Below are positions 34,491-44,676 of a stretch of 64,000 nt of DNA, one piece after another (position 1 is the first letter of the stretch; each line of letters starts with the position of its first letter). This DNA is from a virus (taxonomy: Duplodnaviria; Caudoviricetes), in IMG/VR virus record IMGVR_UViG_3300010361_000013, positions 1,168 through 65,167 of that record; one strand, given 5' to 3'. The notes under the pieces are model-generated. The model was given only the letters and a program-made list of their open reading frames with translations, had not been told where the DNA came from and did not search any database. Both the position numbers and the translations under genes were made by a program.

Positions 34491-37307
34491 ATGAGCGGCT
34501 TGGTCGGCTCTCTGAACCTGCAAGCAGCCGACTGGATGTCGAAGCTGCCGCTGACCAACGCGCAGGTGCAGCAAACCTACGCACAAGCCGGTCTGGCAGG
34601 CGCGCAGGCGCAGGAGGCGCAAGCACGCGCGGGCTACTACGGCCCGCTATCGACCAAGGCGCAGTTGGAAGCCGAGCAGATCGACATCCAGAACCAGATC
34701 CAGCGCGGCATCCTGAACGCACCGAAGACCCCGCCGTCCCAAGCGGTCCCTCCCTGGCACACATCCCAAACTGGCACGGGTTACCCCGCGACGAGTGGGG
34801 GCAGTGGTGCGGGAGGCATCGGCCCATCGCCGACCGATAGTGGCGAAGCTGGCTCGGGCAAAACAGCCGTGCTCGGTTACACAACGGCGGAGCCAGTTCC
34901 AGCGAGCGCCATGCTGGCGACGTACGGCACGACTGCCCAGCCGACTGCCCAGTCGACGCTGCCCTATTTCGGCACGACTGAGGCGGTGCCCTCCGGGCAG
35001 CAGCCACAGATTGGTGGCACGTTCGAGGACGTCCCTGGCGCGTTCCCCCAGCGACCCCCAATCTCCGGCCTAGGCACTTACCAGCCAGCCACGGTCACGC
35101 CGGTCTCTCAGCAGCCATTGCCGCCGCCTGCACAGCAGCCTGCCCAACCTACGCCAACAACCGCGCCAGTTGTCAGTCCCCCAATACCCCCCACAACCAG
35201 GACGCAACTCGCCCAGGCAGGTCCAGGCTCGATGCAACTCCAGAGCGAAGGCTCAGGTGCAGGCACATTTGTGCAAGGCGTCGGCATGTTGCCGAACTGG
35301 GACGCCGCCGTCGTGAAAGCCGCTATGGCGAGCGATCCCAAGAACTCCATGGCGATCATGAATCAGGCGCGCGTTAACCGCAACAACTACATCAGACAGG
35401 CCCTTTCCGAAGTCAACTCTCGACAGGGCTGGAATGATCTCGTCGACCGCCTCTGGAGCCAGGGTTACCTCAATACCGTCGATGGTCAGACCTATTACGA
35501 CCACCCCGAACAGCAGCAAAAAGTCATGCGTATGCTGCTGCCAGACCAGGGAGAGGGCCAGGACCGCGAGATGGCGGGGCACTTCTACAGCTGGAACGGC
35601 CTGCAATACGTGTTCGACCCGAATCTCGCCGCTGGGCAGATGCCGGTGAAGACCGGGCGTGGCTACATGGTCGGTAACCGCTTCTACCCCGAGATCGCGA
35701 CACCTGCTCAGATCGCAGCGCAATCGGGCGCACCGACGATGCCGTATGGCGGCATCCCTGGCGGCGCAGCCACGCCCAGGGGGCCGGGTGTCGCACCACC
35801 ACCGCCGGGACCAGCAGCAGCTCCCGGTGCCCCAGGACCGGGTGCCGATACAGGTGCTACGGGCCGCAATCCCTACGTCACGTACGCCACCAATACCGCC
35901 CAGGCCGAAAGCGGTGGCGTTGCACAGCCCAACCGGGAAGGCTCAAGCGCCGATGGCATCTATCAGTGGATGCCAGGAACATTCGCCGACCAGATGCGCG
36001 AGATGCACCCCGAACTGACGCAGGGACTATCGAACGATGAAATCATGAGCCGCTACCTCAGGGCAAATAACGGGCAGTATGAACACGAGGCGATGGCGAA
36101 TTTCACCGCGCATAACGCGGTCTCCATCGCCGAGCAGGGTGGGCGTGTCTCGGGCAAATCCCTCTACCTTGCGCACCTACTCGGTGCCGATGGCCTGAAG
36201 GCGCTCACGCGGTATCCGTCTAACACGCGGCTTGCCGATATTCCCGAGTTGCAGTCAGCGGTCCGTGCAAACCGGATTCTGCAAGGGAATACCACAATCG
36301 GTGGGCTTGCGGCGTACGCGACGCGGGTCGGCGGCAACGACACGATCACTGCCGAGGACATCGCCCAGGCGCGTGGCGTGCAGCTGCGGCCCGAGCAGCA
36401 ACCACCAGCCGCAGCACCCACGCCAGCGCCCGCACAGCCTGCTCCAGAGGCTCCGCCGCCCGCCCCAGCACCAGCACCCGCCGCGCAGCCCGCAGCTCCA
36501 GCAGGCCCCACAGGGCCGCCTACGGCAGTGCTCCCCGAGGTCGGTCCCGGCGTTGCTGACCGCATTGCGCAGGATCGGGACAGTCTCAACAGAGACTATG
36601 CTGCAGCGACTGAGGCACGGACTAATGCAGCCGTACTTCAGCGCAACAACCCGACCATTCTAGACGTCCGCAATCGTCTCCAAGAGATCCACCCAGGGGC
36701 TGGCTTCGACACGCGCGCCGCTTTCAACAACATAATCCAGACCTGGATGCCAGAGCGTATGCAGGATTGGCTGCATTGGGCGACAGGGAAGAAGCTCGAC
36801 ACTCCAGAACAACAGGCCGCAGCTATCAAGGAGTTCCTGGTCCTGGCTACCCAACAGGAAGCACAGATGCCTGGGGTACGCTCAGGCTTGGGCCTCACCC
36901 AGCTGATGCAGCATGCCAGCCCGTCAGGCACCATGCCGCAGGAGACGATCCGTCAGCTGCTGAACGCCATGCTGGTCCGCAATCAGGCGGTGCAAGACTT
37001 CGCCCAAGGCTACACGCGCATGGACCAGCGCGCAGAGGCTTGGAGACAGGATAATGTCAACAACCCCTACACGCCCGTGCAGCCAGAGCTGGAGGGCGAA
37101 TGGACCAAGACCGGCGGCGTTCACTCAGCCAAGGTCTACCAAGCCGCGACCGATATTCTGAACAGCCATAGCTTCGGCGATTGGGCGCAACGCTACAAAC
37201 TGACGCAGGCAGAAGCCAACGAAGCTGCAGCCATCGCTATGCGCGCCGATCCACAGTTGAAGGTCGCTGACAATCAGCGCAAGCCGACGGGCTACAAATG
37301 GCCATAG
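34491..37307 (+). CDS. Ejection (internal virion) protein with a lytic-transglycosylase-like domain
   Basis: AQAESGG..NREGSSADGIYQWMPGTF..YLAHLLGADG; Pro/Gln-rich linkers. Confidence 0.7.
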   Translation: MSGLVGSLNLQAADWMSKLPLTNAQVQQTYAQAGLAGAQAQEAQARAGYYGPLSTKAQLEAEQIDIQNQIQRGILNAPKTPPSQAVPPWHTSQTGTGYPATSGGSGAGGIGPSPTDSGEAGSGKTAVLGYTTAEPVPASAMLATYGTTAQPTAQSTLPYFGTTEAVPSGQQPQIGGTFEDVPGAFPQRPPISGLGTYQPATVTPVSQQPLPPPAQQPAQPTPTTAPVVSPPIPPTTRTQLAQAGPGSMQLQSEGSGAGTFVQGVGMLPNWDAAVVKAAMASDPKNSMAIMNQARVNRNNYIRQALSEVNSRQGWNDLVDRLWSQGYLNTVDGQTYYDHPEQQQKVMRMLLPDQGEGQDREMAGHFYSWNGLQYVFDPNLAAGQMPVKTGRGYMVGNRFYPEIATPAQIAAQSGAPTMPYGGIPGGAATPRGPGVAPPPPGPAAAPGAPGPGADTGATGRNPYVTYATNTAQAESGGVAQPNREGSSADGIYQWMPGTFADQMREMHPELTQGLSNDEIMSRYLRANNGQYEHEAMANFTAHNAVSIAEQGGRVSGKSLYLAHLLGADGLKALTRYPSNTRLADIPELQSAVRANRILQGNTTIGGLAAYATRVGGNDTITAEDIAQARGVQLRPEQQPPAAAPTPAPAQPAPEAPPPAPAPAPAAQPAAPAGPTGPPTAVLPEVGPGVADRIAQDRDSLNRDYAAATEARTNAAVLQRNNPTILDVRNRLQEIHPGAGFDTRAAFNNIIQTWMPERMQDWLHWATGKKLDTPEQQAAAIKEFLVLATQQEAQMPGVRSGLGLTQLMQHASPSGTMPQETIRQLLNAMLVRNQAVQDFAQGYTRMDQRAEAWRQDNVNNPYTPVQPELEGEWTKTGGVHSAKVYQAATDILNSHSFGDWAQRYKLTQAEANEAAAIAMRADPQLKVADNQRKPTGYKWP

Positions 37308-39928
37308 AAGCTGACGATCCTTTTGCCGCAGCTGGCTATGACAGAGGCACGTCACCCTCGCAGCCGACTTGGTCGGTGCTCGACCCGCAGGGACGGCAGA
37401 CGGGCTATACCACCGATCCCAACCTCCCTGGGATGCCTCCGGGTTACAAGGTGGGGCCGCAACTCACCGAGCCGCCCCCAAAACCTGGAACACCGCAGCA
37501 GCCAACCACCGGCTTCGGTGCGCCTCCTCCAGCGCCAACACCCACTCCACCGCCTCCGGCTGGCACAACGCCGCAAGCGCGACCGCCAACGGCACCAGCT
37601 GTGCCGCCGCCAACTCCTACGGTAGAGGCCGACGATCCATTCAAGGCCGCAGGCTACCAGCCACCGCCGAATGTCACGCCACCCGTGCGCCAGGATGGCT
37701 CATCGCCACACTCGGACCAGCCGTGGTACCAGGATCTCGGCGCCAAGGTCAGCAAAGCACTGAATACACCCGTGACAGGGCAGGCCCTGCACGAGGCATC
37801 GCATGCCTTCACCATGGGGTTCGACGACATCGTGGGACCGCTCCCACAGGCGATTGCCAGAACAATCCAGTCTGGTGATGCCTCGACATTCACCAAGCAC
37901 TACACGGACGTTCACAACGACTGGGCACAGGCGCGCCAGGATTGGGAGCAGGCCAACCCGGAAGCCGCCGCCGTCATGAGCGGTCTCGGTATGGCAGGCA
38001 GCATGATTCTTCCGTTCGGCGCGGCAGCGCGCGGTGCGTCGCTAGCCGCAAGATTAGGGCGCGGCGTGACGACCAGCGTTGGGGTCGGTACCGCTGGTGG
38101 GTTCGGTATGACCGAAGGTGATCTGGAGCAGCGCGCCAAAGGCGCCGTCCTTGGTGGCGTTGCTGGCGCTGCCTTGGCTCCAGTTGCAGAGGCAATCCCT
38201 GGCGCCATTCGCTGGGGCGCTTCGGTATTTCGCCCGACGTCACGGGTTAGACCGTTAGCAGGGCAAGCGCTGAGCGATCTGGCAGGGGCTGGCGGCATTG
38301 TGCCGCGTCCAGCTCCGGTTCCTGGCGTGCCGCTCAGTACCGCCGAGGCGACTGGCAGCACGCGGCTCGCTTCAGCCACCCAACAGCGTGAAGCGCTCGG
38401 CCACGTTCAGCCGCAGCGCATCGCCCGTGAATTGGCGCAGAGCGAACGACTGCGAACGGCAGTGCCAGGACATGTTCCAGGTGTCCAAGCGGACGTCATC
38501 ACCGCAACCTCGACGCGGGCCGAGCAAGCTATTCGGCGCGCCCAGGAGATCAGTGGCCGAGAGGAAAGGCGGCTTTGGAACACGCCTCACATGACCCGTC
38601 CCAACGTCTCGACCAACTCAACCAAGGCGTATGTCAACGATCTCGGCCACACAATCAGAACCAACGAGCCCGGACTGATGACCGACGCGCTGAGCGACGG
38701 GCGTATTCAGAGCGTTATCCGCGCAGCCAACGCGCTGCCTGACCACGCTGCAGCGAATCAGATCAACGGCATCGCATCGCAGTTCGGACGTATCGCCCGC
38801 GATCATACGGCACCCGGTGAGGTGCGTGCTGTTGCAGGACGGCTGCAGCGCGCAGCGCAGGACGGATTATGGGCAGCACCAGAGATTGCCGGCGCTCCAT
38901 CCCAGATCATTCCGCGTGGCTGGCGCACCGATCCGAGCGGACAAATGGTCTGGCATAACGGAGGCGTCACACCAGCAATCCGCCCGAATCCACAGTTGGT
39001 ACGCGATATGCGTGAGGCCCGCGCCTTCACCCAACGCGAGGCGCAGACGCTCGGTCACGCCAACTTCGACGCAATCTTCAGCCGCAACAGCTACGGCAAC
39101 CAGACGCTCACCCCAGGCTCCGGTCTCAACCGGTTCTTCAATTTCAGCACCGGTAGGATGGCTCAAGGCAACGTCCGCGACGTCGATGCGTTCCTCTCTG
39201 ACATCGGGAGACAGTGGGCACGATTGGGCGATCCGGCGTTCAACGCTGCGGACACCGCTCTGGTCAGAGACGAGCTGGCGCAGAACACCCGCCAATGGCT
39301 GACCGCTAGTCTGCTCAGCAAGGTCGCGGGCGCCGCCGAAGACTCGACCGGTAACAAGATGTTGCAGATGGGCAAGCTACGCGATGCGATCAGGAGTAAC
39401 CGCAATATGCTGGAGCGGAGCGGTACCTATACGCCAGCACAGATGGATATGTGGGACCGCGTCGCCGATACCGCTGCTATGATCCACAACGCGGTCTATC
39501 GCGGCAAACCGATTGGTAGCCCGACATTCACGCGGCTCATGAGCGAGCACAGATTCGTCGACCTGTTATTCGGTGGTCCGATTCGGCGGTTGGTGACGAC
39601 TGAGGCATTTAGCGGAGCGCTTGGTTGGGCTGGCGCTCACCTGATGGGCGGCGAGACGCTGACCGGCATTGGGCTCGCCGACATCGCCGGTATTGGCCTT
39701 AACGTGCTGATGGAGCACCTCTACGCAGGCCGCCGCACGCAAGTGCTGGAGCTGCTTGACGAAGCCTTCAACAATCCAGCGATCGCACAGGATCTGATGC
39801 AAAGTGCGCGGCGAGCGGCGCAATGGAGTGACGCCACGCGCCGTTGGACGGCCAAGATCATGGCAATCACCGGACCTCGTGTTGGGGCGGCGTATGCGCC
39901 GCAGCCTGAGACGGAGGGTGCGCAGTGA
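37298..39928 (+). CDS. Large ejection (internal virion) protein
   Basis: 876 aa, Ala-rich, ADDPF repeats, last gene of the ejection block. Confidence 0.65.
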   Translation: MAIEADDPFAAAGYDRGTSPSQPTWSVLDPQGRQTGYTTDPNLPGMPPGYKVGPQLTEPPPKPGTPQQPTTGFGAPPPAPTPTPPPPAGTTPQARPPTAPAVPPPTPTVEADDPFKAAGYQPPPNVTPPVRQDGSSPHSDQPWYQDLGAKVSKALNTPVTGQALHEASHAFTMGFDDIVGPLPQAIARTIQSGDASTFTKHYTDVHNDWAQARQDWEQANPEAAAVMSGLGMAGSMILPFGAAARGASLAARLGRGVTTSVGVGTAGGFGMTEGDLEQRAKGAVLGGVAGAALAPVAEAIPGAIRWGASVFRPTSRVRPLAGQALSDLAGAGGIVPRPAPVPGVPLSTAEATGSTRLASATQQREALGHVQPQRIARELAQSERLRTAVPGHVPGVQADVITATSTRAEQAIRRAQEISGREERRLWNTPHMTRPNVSTNSTKAYVNDLGHTIRTNEPGLMTDALSDGRIQSVIRAANALPDHAAANQINGIASQFGRIARDHTAPGEVRAVAGRLQRAAQDGLWAAPEIAGAPSQIIPRGWRTDPSGQMVWHNGGVTPAIRPNPQLVRDMREARAFTQREAQTLGHANFDAIFSRNSYGNQTLTPGSGLNRFFNFSTGRMAQGNVRDVDAFLSDIGRQWARLGDPAFNAADTALVRDELAQNTRQWLTASLLSKVAGAAEDSTGNKMLQMGKLRDAIRSNRNMLERSGTYTPAQMDMWDRVADTAAMIHNAVYRGKPIGSPTFTRLMSEHRFVDLLFGGPIRRLVTTEAFSGALGWAGAHLMGGETLTGIGLADIAGIGLNVLMEHLYAGRRTQVLELLDEAFNNPAIAQDLMQSARRAAQWSDATRRWTAKIMAITGPRVGAAYAPQPETEGAQ

Positions 39929-40193
39929 ATCCTCCGTTCGCCCATTCTTGGGCAGCAAGATAGCTGCCTACAAACCAGCTTCCCGATATGACTAAGGTTA
40001 TGTACCAGAGAATGCCACGCCAAGCGAGACGGCGTGCCATTTTGGCCTCGCGTCTTTCCTCAAGCTTTTGCCATAACGGCTTGCTACGTTCCAGCCATCT
40101 GTGACGTCGGATGTCCCAGATTGCCTCTTCCATTACGTAACAAAGGAAAACACCAAGAGCGCCAGATAGAACGCCGACAATGATTTCGCCCAT
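39867..40193 (-). CDS. Two-TM membrane protein
   Basis: Two hydrophobic stretches; AT-richer than its flanks. Confidence 0.5.
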   Translation of the reverse strand: MGEIIVGVLSGALGVFLCYVMEEAIWDIRRHRWLERSKPLWQKLEERREAKMARRLAWRGILWYITLVISGSWFVGSYLAAQEWANGGFTAHPPSQAAAHTPPQHEVR

Positions 40194-40200
40194 GACCAGA

Positions 40201-40401
40201 TCACTTCAGCGCTACGTGGTTGATCAATACACCCAGCTCGCCAGCTATCCGACCAAGCTGATAACTCAACGTCACCACCGTCCCCAGCGTCGCGATCGTC
40301 AGCGCCGCCGTCACCCCCACCGCCCACGTCAAGACCGTGAACCGCTGGTCCATCTGCGCGAACCGCTGCTCCAGCTCCCGGTCCATCACTCGCCGCCCCG
40401 C
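40201..40401 (-). CDS. Small coiled-coil + TM protein
   Basis: MDRELEQRFAQMDQRFTVLTWAVGVTAALTIA; start approximate. Confidence 0.55.
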   Translation of the reverse strand, partial: AGRRVMDRELEQRFAQMDQRFTVLTWAVGVTAALTIATLGTVVTLSYQLGRIAGELGVLINHVALK

Positions 40402-40613
40402 CGCTTGCGCAGCTCCTCTTCCACCGTCGCCACCCGTTGCTCCAGATCCAGCCATCGACGCGATGACACCAGCGCGTCTGCCACCAGAAACCCCTTGGTG
40501 TTCTGGAAGTCCGTCTCCAGTGACGACTGCTTGTTCAGCACACGCTCCATCTTGTCATTTAGCTGGCGGAACAGCCCGTCGAAGTAGGCGCGCTCCTCCT
40601 CGGTCATCATCGT
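40386..40613 (-). CDS. Small coiled-coil protein
   Basis: MMTEEERAYFDGLFRQLNDKMERV...LEQRVATVEEEL; start approximate. Confidence 0.6.
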   Translation of the reverse strand, partial: TMMTEEERAYFDGLFRQLNDKMERVLNKQSSLETDFQNTKGFLVADALVSSRRWLDLEQRVATVEEELRKRRGGE

Positions 40614-40798
40614 CCTCCCAGCAAATGCATCCATGCGGCGCCAGCCGCGAACGCGCCGATCACCAGCGCCAAAATACTAACCACGATCGCCGCAGTTTGC
40701 CGTGTCAGCTTGCGCCGCTCGATCTCCATGTCGAAACTGGCCTTGTCGATCTGCATCCGCATCAACTCCATCCTCAGCTCGCGCTCCTCATCCATCAC
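40607..40798 (-). CDS. Small coiled-coil + TM protein
   Basis: Charged N-half, then AAIVVSILALVIGAFAAGAAW. Confidence 0.6.
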   Translation of the reverse strand: MMDEERELRMELMRMQIDKASFDMEIERRKLTRQTAAIVVSILALVIGAFAAGAAWMHLLGGR

Positions 40799-40839
40799 TC
40801 GGTGCGGGCAGCGGGCCTATGCTTGGGTCTCAGATTCTC

Positions 40840-41181
40840 CTACCGCATATCCGTTTTATCGCCATTGATGTGCTCAATCTCGTCCTGATCCTCGCCCGTC
40901 ATCATCTTCCAGATGATCCGGTCCATCCGGTATTCGACGCCATCGATGGTGACGTACATGTGCCCGTTCTTGCGGAGATAGCCAGCAGGCTTGCCGGCAC
41001 GGTTGAAGCTCATATCATTCGCTCCTCGCGAACTCGCCGTGCAGCCGCTTCGCTGCCTTGGCATAGGCGGCGCGGGCCCCCTCTGGGGTGGGGAAGTGGC
41101 CCAAGTTAATTCGGCTCCCGTGCGTGCCAATACGCGCCTGATACCTCCCCGACGGACGCCTATGTACACCCTTGAACCCAC
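40840..41181 (-). pseudogene. Degenerate/truncated HNH endonuclease remnant
   Basis: AGKPAGY..YVTIDG.EYRMDRIIWKMMTGED..EIEHINGDKTDMR* parallels the upstream HNH but stops inside the HNH motif. Confidence 0.5.
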
Positions 41182-41560
41182 TGGTGTTGGCGCGGCCGAC
41201 GCCCCGGTTCCATTGGTTCTGGGCGTTCGTCCCTAGGCGAAGGTTGCACCACCTATTGTCGGCGCGGTTTAAGTTCTTGTGATCGACCTGAGCAGACGGA
41301 TCGTCACCGGTCACTAACTTCCAGATGATTCTAGAAGCTCTGAGCTTTTGGCGGTTCATGGAGATAATTAGATATCCTTTAGCGTCGAACCGCCCAGCTG
41401 GTTTCCCAGCGAACCTGGAGTTTTGTAGCCTTTGGCCACGATCTTTGGGGAAGTGATGCCTGGGACGTCGCCGCCAAGTAAGAGCACCAGTGCGCTTGTT
41501 ATAGCGCAGCGCCTCGCACAGATACTCCTGTGATGGTAATATGAGGACAGGCTTCGGCAT
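41015..41560 (-). CDS. HNH homing endonuclease with AP2 domain
   Basis: VDHKNLNRADNRWCNLR..NQWNR..NTSGFKGV..YQARI..LGHFPTPEGARAAY..LHGEFA. Confidence 0.9.
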   Translation of the reverse strand: MPKPVLILPSQEYLCEALRYNKRTGALTWRRRPRHHFPKDRGQRLQNSRFAGKPAGRFDAKGYLIISMNRQKLRASRIIWKLVTGDDPSAQVDHKNLNRADNRWCNLRLGTNAQNQWNRGVGRANTSGFKGVHRRPSGRYQARIGTHGSRINLGHFPTPEGARAAYAKAAKRLHGEFARSE

Positions 41561-41649
41561 GGCGTCTCTCCATGGCGGCGCTTAGGGGCGTGGTCGGGGT
41601 CGCTCCCGTCCACGTCCCGTCATACTAGACTATTGGCGGAGGAAAAGCA

Positions 41650-42534
41650 ATGAGCGGCTCGGTGGGCGGGAGATATGTGAACCCCTTGCAGCAACTACTC
41701 AGCCCGGACGGGACTCCCTACAACGGAGCCCAGCTGTTCTTCTACGCGACCGGAACAAATACACAGCAGGCGACATACGCCGATGCCGCATTCACGATCC
41801 CAAATCCCCAGCCTGTCCTGACCAACGCCGCAGGCTTCTTTCCCCCCATCTTTTTGCTCGGCGCACCATCCTACCGTGTCGTCTGCCAAGACCCGACGGG
41901 TGCAGTGTTGTTCGATAGCGATCCGGTGAATGGGCTGGCGAATACCGCAGGCTACCAGCCAGGATCAATTCCTATCGGCGCCATCATGCCCTACGGTGGC
42001 GGTACGCCGCCCGCTGGTTGGTTGGCTTGCGGTGGCCAAGCGGTTAGTCGGGCGGCGTATGCCCCTCTCTACGCCGTGATTGGCACGGCCTTCGGCACTG
42101 GTGACGGCAGTACAACTTTCAATATCCCTGACCTGCGCGGCAACGTTGCGGTCGGCAAGGATGATATGACGGGCGTTGCGGCAAGCCGCGTTACCTCGGG
42201 CATCAGCGGTCTCGACGGCAGCACGATCGGCGCCATGGGGGGTAACGAGCGCCTGCAAACCCATCTCCACAGCATCACTGACCAGTCGCACACACACGCC
42301 GACTCTGGCCACTTCCACTATATGGCGACCGCAGCAGCGTTTCCGACTGCTGGTGGCACTGGCTACCAAGGGGGCACCACCGAGTCGTTTGGCTCTGTCA
42401 CCCAGACGGAGAACGCTTATACCGGCCTCTTTGGCGCGTATACCGGCATCAGTTCCACCAACAACAGCGGCGCTGGGGCGTCCCAAAACATCCCGCCTTC
42501 GCTTGTCGTGCTGTATATGATCAGGGCCAACTAA
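41650..42534 (+). CDS. Head-binding-like N-domain + phage tail-collar domain protein
   Basis: IPIGAIMPYGG.TPPAGWLACGGQAVSRAAYAPLYAVIGTAFG.GDGSTTFNIPDLRG. Confidence 0.85.
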   Translation: MSGSVGGRYVNPLQQLLSPDGTPYNGAQLFFYATGTNTQQATYADAAFTIPNPQPVLTNAAGFFPPIFLLGAPSYRVVCQDPTGAVLFDSDPVNGLANTAGYQPGSIPIGAIMPYGGGTPPAGWLACGGQAVSRAAYAPLYAVIGTAFGTGDGSTTFNIPDLRGNVAVGKDDMTGVAASRVTSGISGLDGSTIGAMGGNERLQTHLHSITDQSHTHADSGHFHYMATAAAFPTAGGTGYQGGTTESFGSVTQTENAYTGLFGAYTGISSTNNSGAGASQNIPPSLVVLYMIRAN

Positions 42535-42782
42535 TTCGCCGTCTTCCGCCGCGTCTGCTTGCGTTTCTGCTGTGTCTCCCGCAGCGCCTCCAGCTCGCCG
42601 AGCGACAGCTGGGCGCGGAGGTTGTCGACGACGGCCTGCACGATCAGCAGCCGCCGCTCGGCCCGCTCGTGGGTCAGGCGGCGGGTGAACCGTTTGTTGG
42701 GATAGCTGCGCTTGCGCGCCAGCAGGTCGCGCTCCATTTCGGCGACCATCTCCACCAGCGAGACGGGCAGCAGATCAGGCAC
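42531..42782 (-). CDS. Hypothetical protein
   Basis: EMERDLLARKRSYP pattern; overlaps its neighbours. Confidence 0.6.
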   Translation of the reverse strand: MPDLLPVSLVEMVAEMERDLLARKRSYPNKRFTRRLTHERAERRLLIVQAVVDNLRAQLSLGELEALRETQQKRKQTRRKTAN

Positions 42783-44199
42783 CGCCAGTCTCTTGGCGCA
42801 GGGCGCTCAGACGCGCGGTGAACGCGGACTTGACCGACGTCACCAGCCCGGCGCGGCCCTCGCGCTGCCAGCGCTGGATCGTCCCCAGCACGGCAGGCGT
42901 CTTACTGTAGGCGATCAGCTCGTTGCCAGTGGTGATGGTCGGCAGGCGCTGCAGGATCTCGCTGGAGAGGCGTTCGTCCTCGTCGGGCTCTGACGGGGCG
43001 GGCGGTTGCTCGAGGCCGTCCAGCAGCGCGTCAGCCTCGGGACTGGCCGCTTTGGCGTCGGCCAGGGCGTCGGCATTGTGATGCAGCAGGTTTTCGCGGT
43101 CCCCAGCGCGGGTCCAGGTGTCGAGGAACGCCTGCGCCCAGGCCAGCGGATCGAGGATGATCTCGCCGTCGACCGGCTCGCCGCGCTGGTCCATCACCAC
43201 ATGCGCGAACTCAGCGCCTGTATCGGGAACGTCATCAAATCCTGACATATTGTCAGTGGTTTGTTCCTGGGACGTCTCGGCAACGGGTGGCTCAGGTGGC
43301 ACGGGTGGCTCAGGCGCGGGTGTGGACTCTGCTGGCGCCTGTGGCTGCCGTGTGGGTCGGGCGGGCGGCTGCCAGCCCTTGAACCAGATGTCAGGCGTGC
43401 CTTCGCCGTCCTTCAGCGAAGTGAAGATGGAGCGCAGCCGCACGATCTGCGCGGGTCGAATCGCCTCCAGGCGACACTGACAGAACGCCTCGATATGGGC
43501 CTGGGTGACGCCGTAACGGGTGAACGCCGCGAGTAGCTTCTTCCGCCCCTCCAGCGTCACGTCCTCTTTCTGCTGGAGCGTGTCGTTGCACTGGGCGACG
43601 GCGGCTTCTGTGACTTCGCTGGGGATCACTGCCTCTAGGCACGCGCGCTTGCGGCGCTGCCCCATATTCGCCACAAGTTCATATATTGATCTTTCGTCGG
43701 TCAGCTTTTGCTGGCCGCCGCGCGCTTCTGAGCGGTCGCGCAGATGGAAGACCTGGAACTTCCTCTCATCTCGAAATCCAGTTTCGACATCCCAACAATA
43801 TGCCAAGCACTCGCTGATGCCGCGCTCCCGATCGCGGGAGACCTCGGCGATACCCGATTGTATATTGCCCCAACGTCTAGCGATCGCCTCCATCAGGCGG
43901 ATCGAGGGACCGGTCACCCGCTGGCCACCGCGCACGTAGTCGTATTGCGCTTCCTGCGCCAATTCGACGCGGGTGCAGTCATTGAGGATTTGCTCGGTGA
44001 CCTCGCGTCGATCTCGCGGGTACAGGCGCGCCATCATGACCTGGGCTTGTAGCTCCCCCAATGCTCGCTGTTGCTCGGTCGATGCGAGCGCGCCAAGGGG
44101 CTGCGCAGGTTGTGCTACCAGCTGGCCGTTGCCGCCGAACGGGTTCGGACGACGCGCGATCGGCTGTCCTGGGTTATCGTCGAACGGTACGTCAGACAT
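42775..44199 (-). CDS. Putative single-strand annealing / recombination protein
   Basis: AQVMMARLYPRD, RGGQRVTGPSIRL.EAIARRWGN, ANMGQRRKRAC; family recognised, function inferred. Confidence 0.6.
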   Translation of the reverse strand: MSDVPFDDNPGQPIARRPNPFGGNGQLVAQPAQPLGALASTEQQRALGELQAQVMMARLYPRDRREVTEQILNDCTRVELAQEAQYDYVRGGQRVTGPSIRLMEAIARRWGNIQSGIAEVSRDRERGISECLAYCWDVETGFRDERKFQVFHLRDRSEARGGQQKLTDERSIYELVANMGQRRKRACLEAVIPSEVTEAAVAQCNDTLQQKEDVTLEGRKKLLAAFTRYGVTQAHIEAFCQCRLEAIRPAQIVRLRSIFTSLKDGEGTPDIWFKGWQPPARPTRQPQAPAESTPAPEPPVPPEPPVAETSQEQTTDNMSGFDDVPDTGAEFAHVVMDQRGEPVDGEIILDPLAWAQAFLDTWTRAGDRENLLHHNADALADAKAASPEADALLDGLEQPPAPSEPDEDERLSSEILQRLPTITTGNELIAYSKTPAVLGTIQRWQREGRAGLVTSVKSAFTARLSALRQETGGA

Positions 44200-44674
44200 T
44201 GTGGGTTACTCCTTTGCGTCTCTGATAACCGCGCCGGCTGAAGGCCCGCGCGCATTCTCGACATTTCCGATGTCTCCTGCCGGGACCAGCCCATACAGTA
44301 TTGGCTTCGTCGTACGGGTGCCCGTATGGGCAGTGCGTTATTCTGGCCACCTTTCGTGCGGCAATGGTTCTCAATAGATCGGCATGTGGTCCCTTTTTGT
44401 TGTGCGCTGACCTTGTCAGTAGCTCTAGGTGGTCTGGATTAACACAGCATGGAACTTCGCATGTATGATGCAGGTCCATGCCCGGCGGGATTGAGCCTTT
44501 GAGCAATGTATATGCAACACGATGAGCGCCCCATGGCCGGCCATCGGAATATAACTGTCCATATCCCTGAGGATTAAGAGACGCTGTCCACAGCCAGCAC
44601 CCAGACCATGGCACCGGCTGCACCTTCTCCATCAAGCGTTCCAAAGCGGGTCTGGGAGTTGGTCCTCTGCTCAC
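44192..44674 (-). CDS. HNH endonuclease (HNH_3 type)
   Basis: SGCWLW..GYG..AHRVAY..LHHTCEVPCCVNPDHLE..THCPYGHPYDEAN. Confidence 0.9.
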   Translation of the reverse strand: MSRGPTPRPALERLMEKVQPVPWSGCWLWTASLNPQGYGQLYSDGRPWGAHRVAYTLLKGSIPPGMDLHHTCEVPCCVNPDHLELLTRSAHNKKGPHADLLRTIAARKVARITHCPYGHPYDEANTVWAGPGRRHRKCRECARAFSRRGYQRRKGVTHNV

Positions 44675-44676
44675 AA

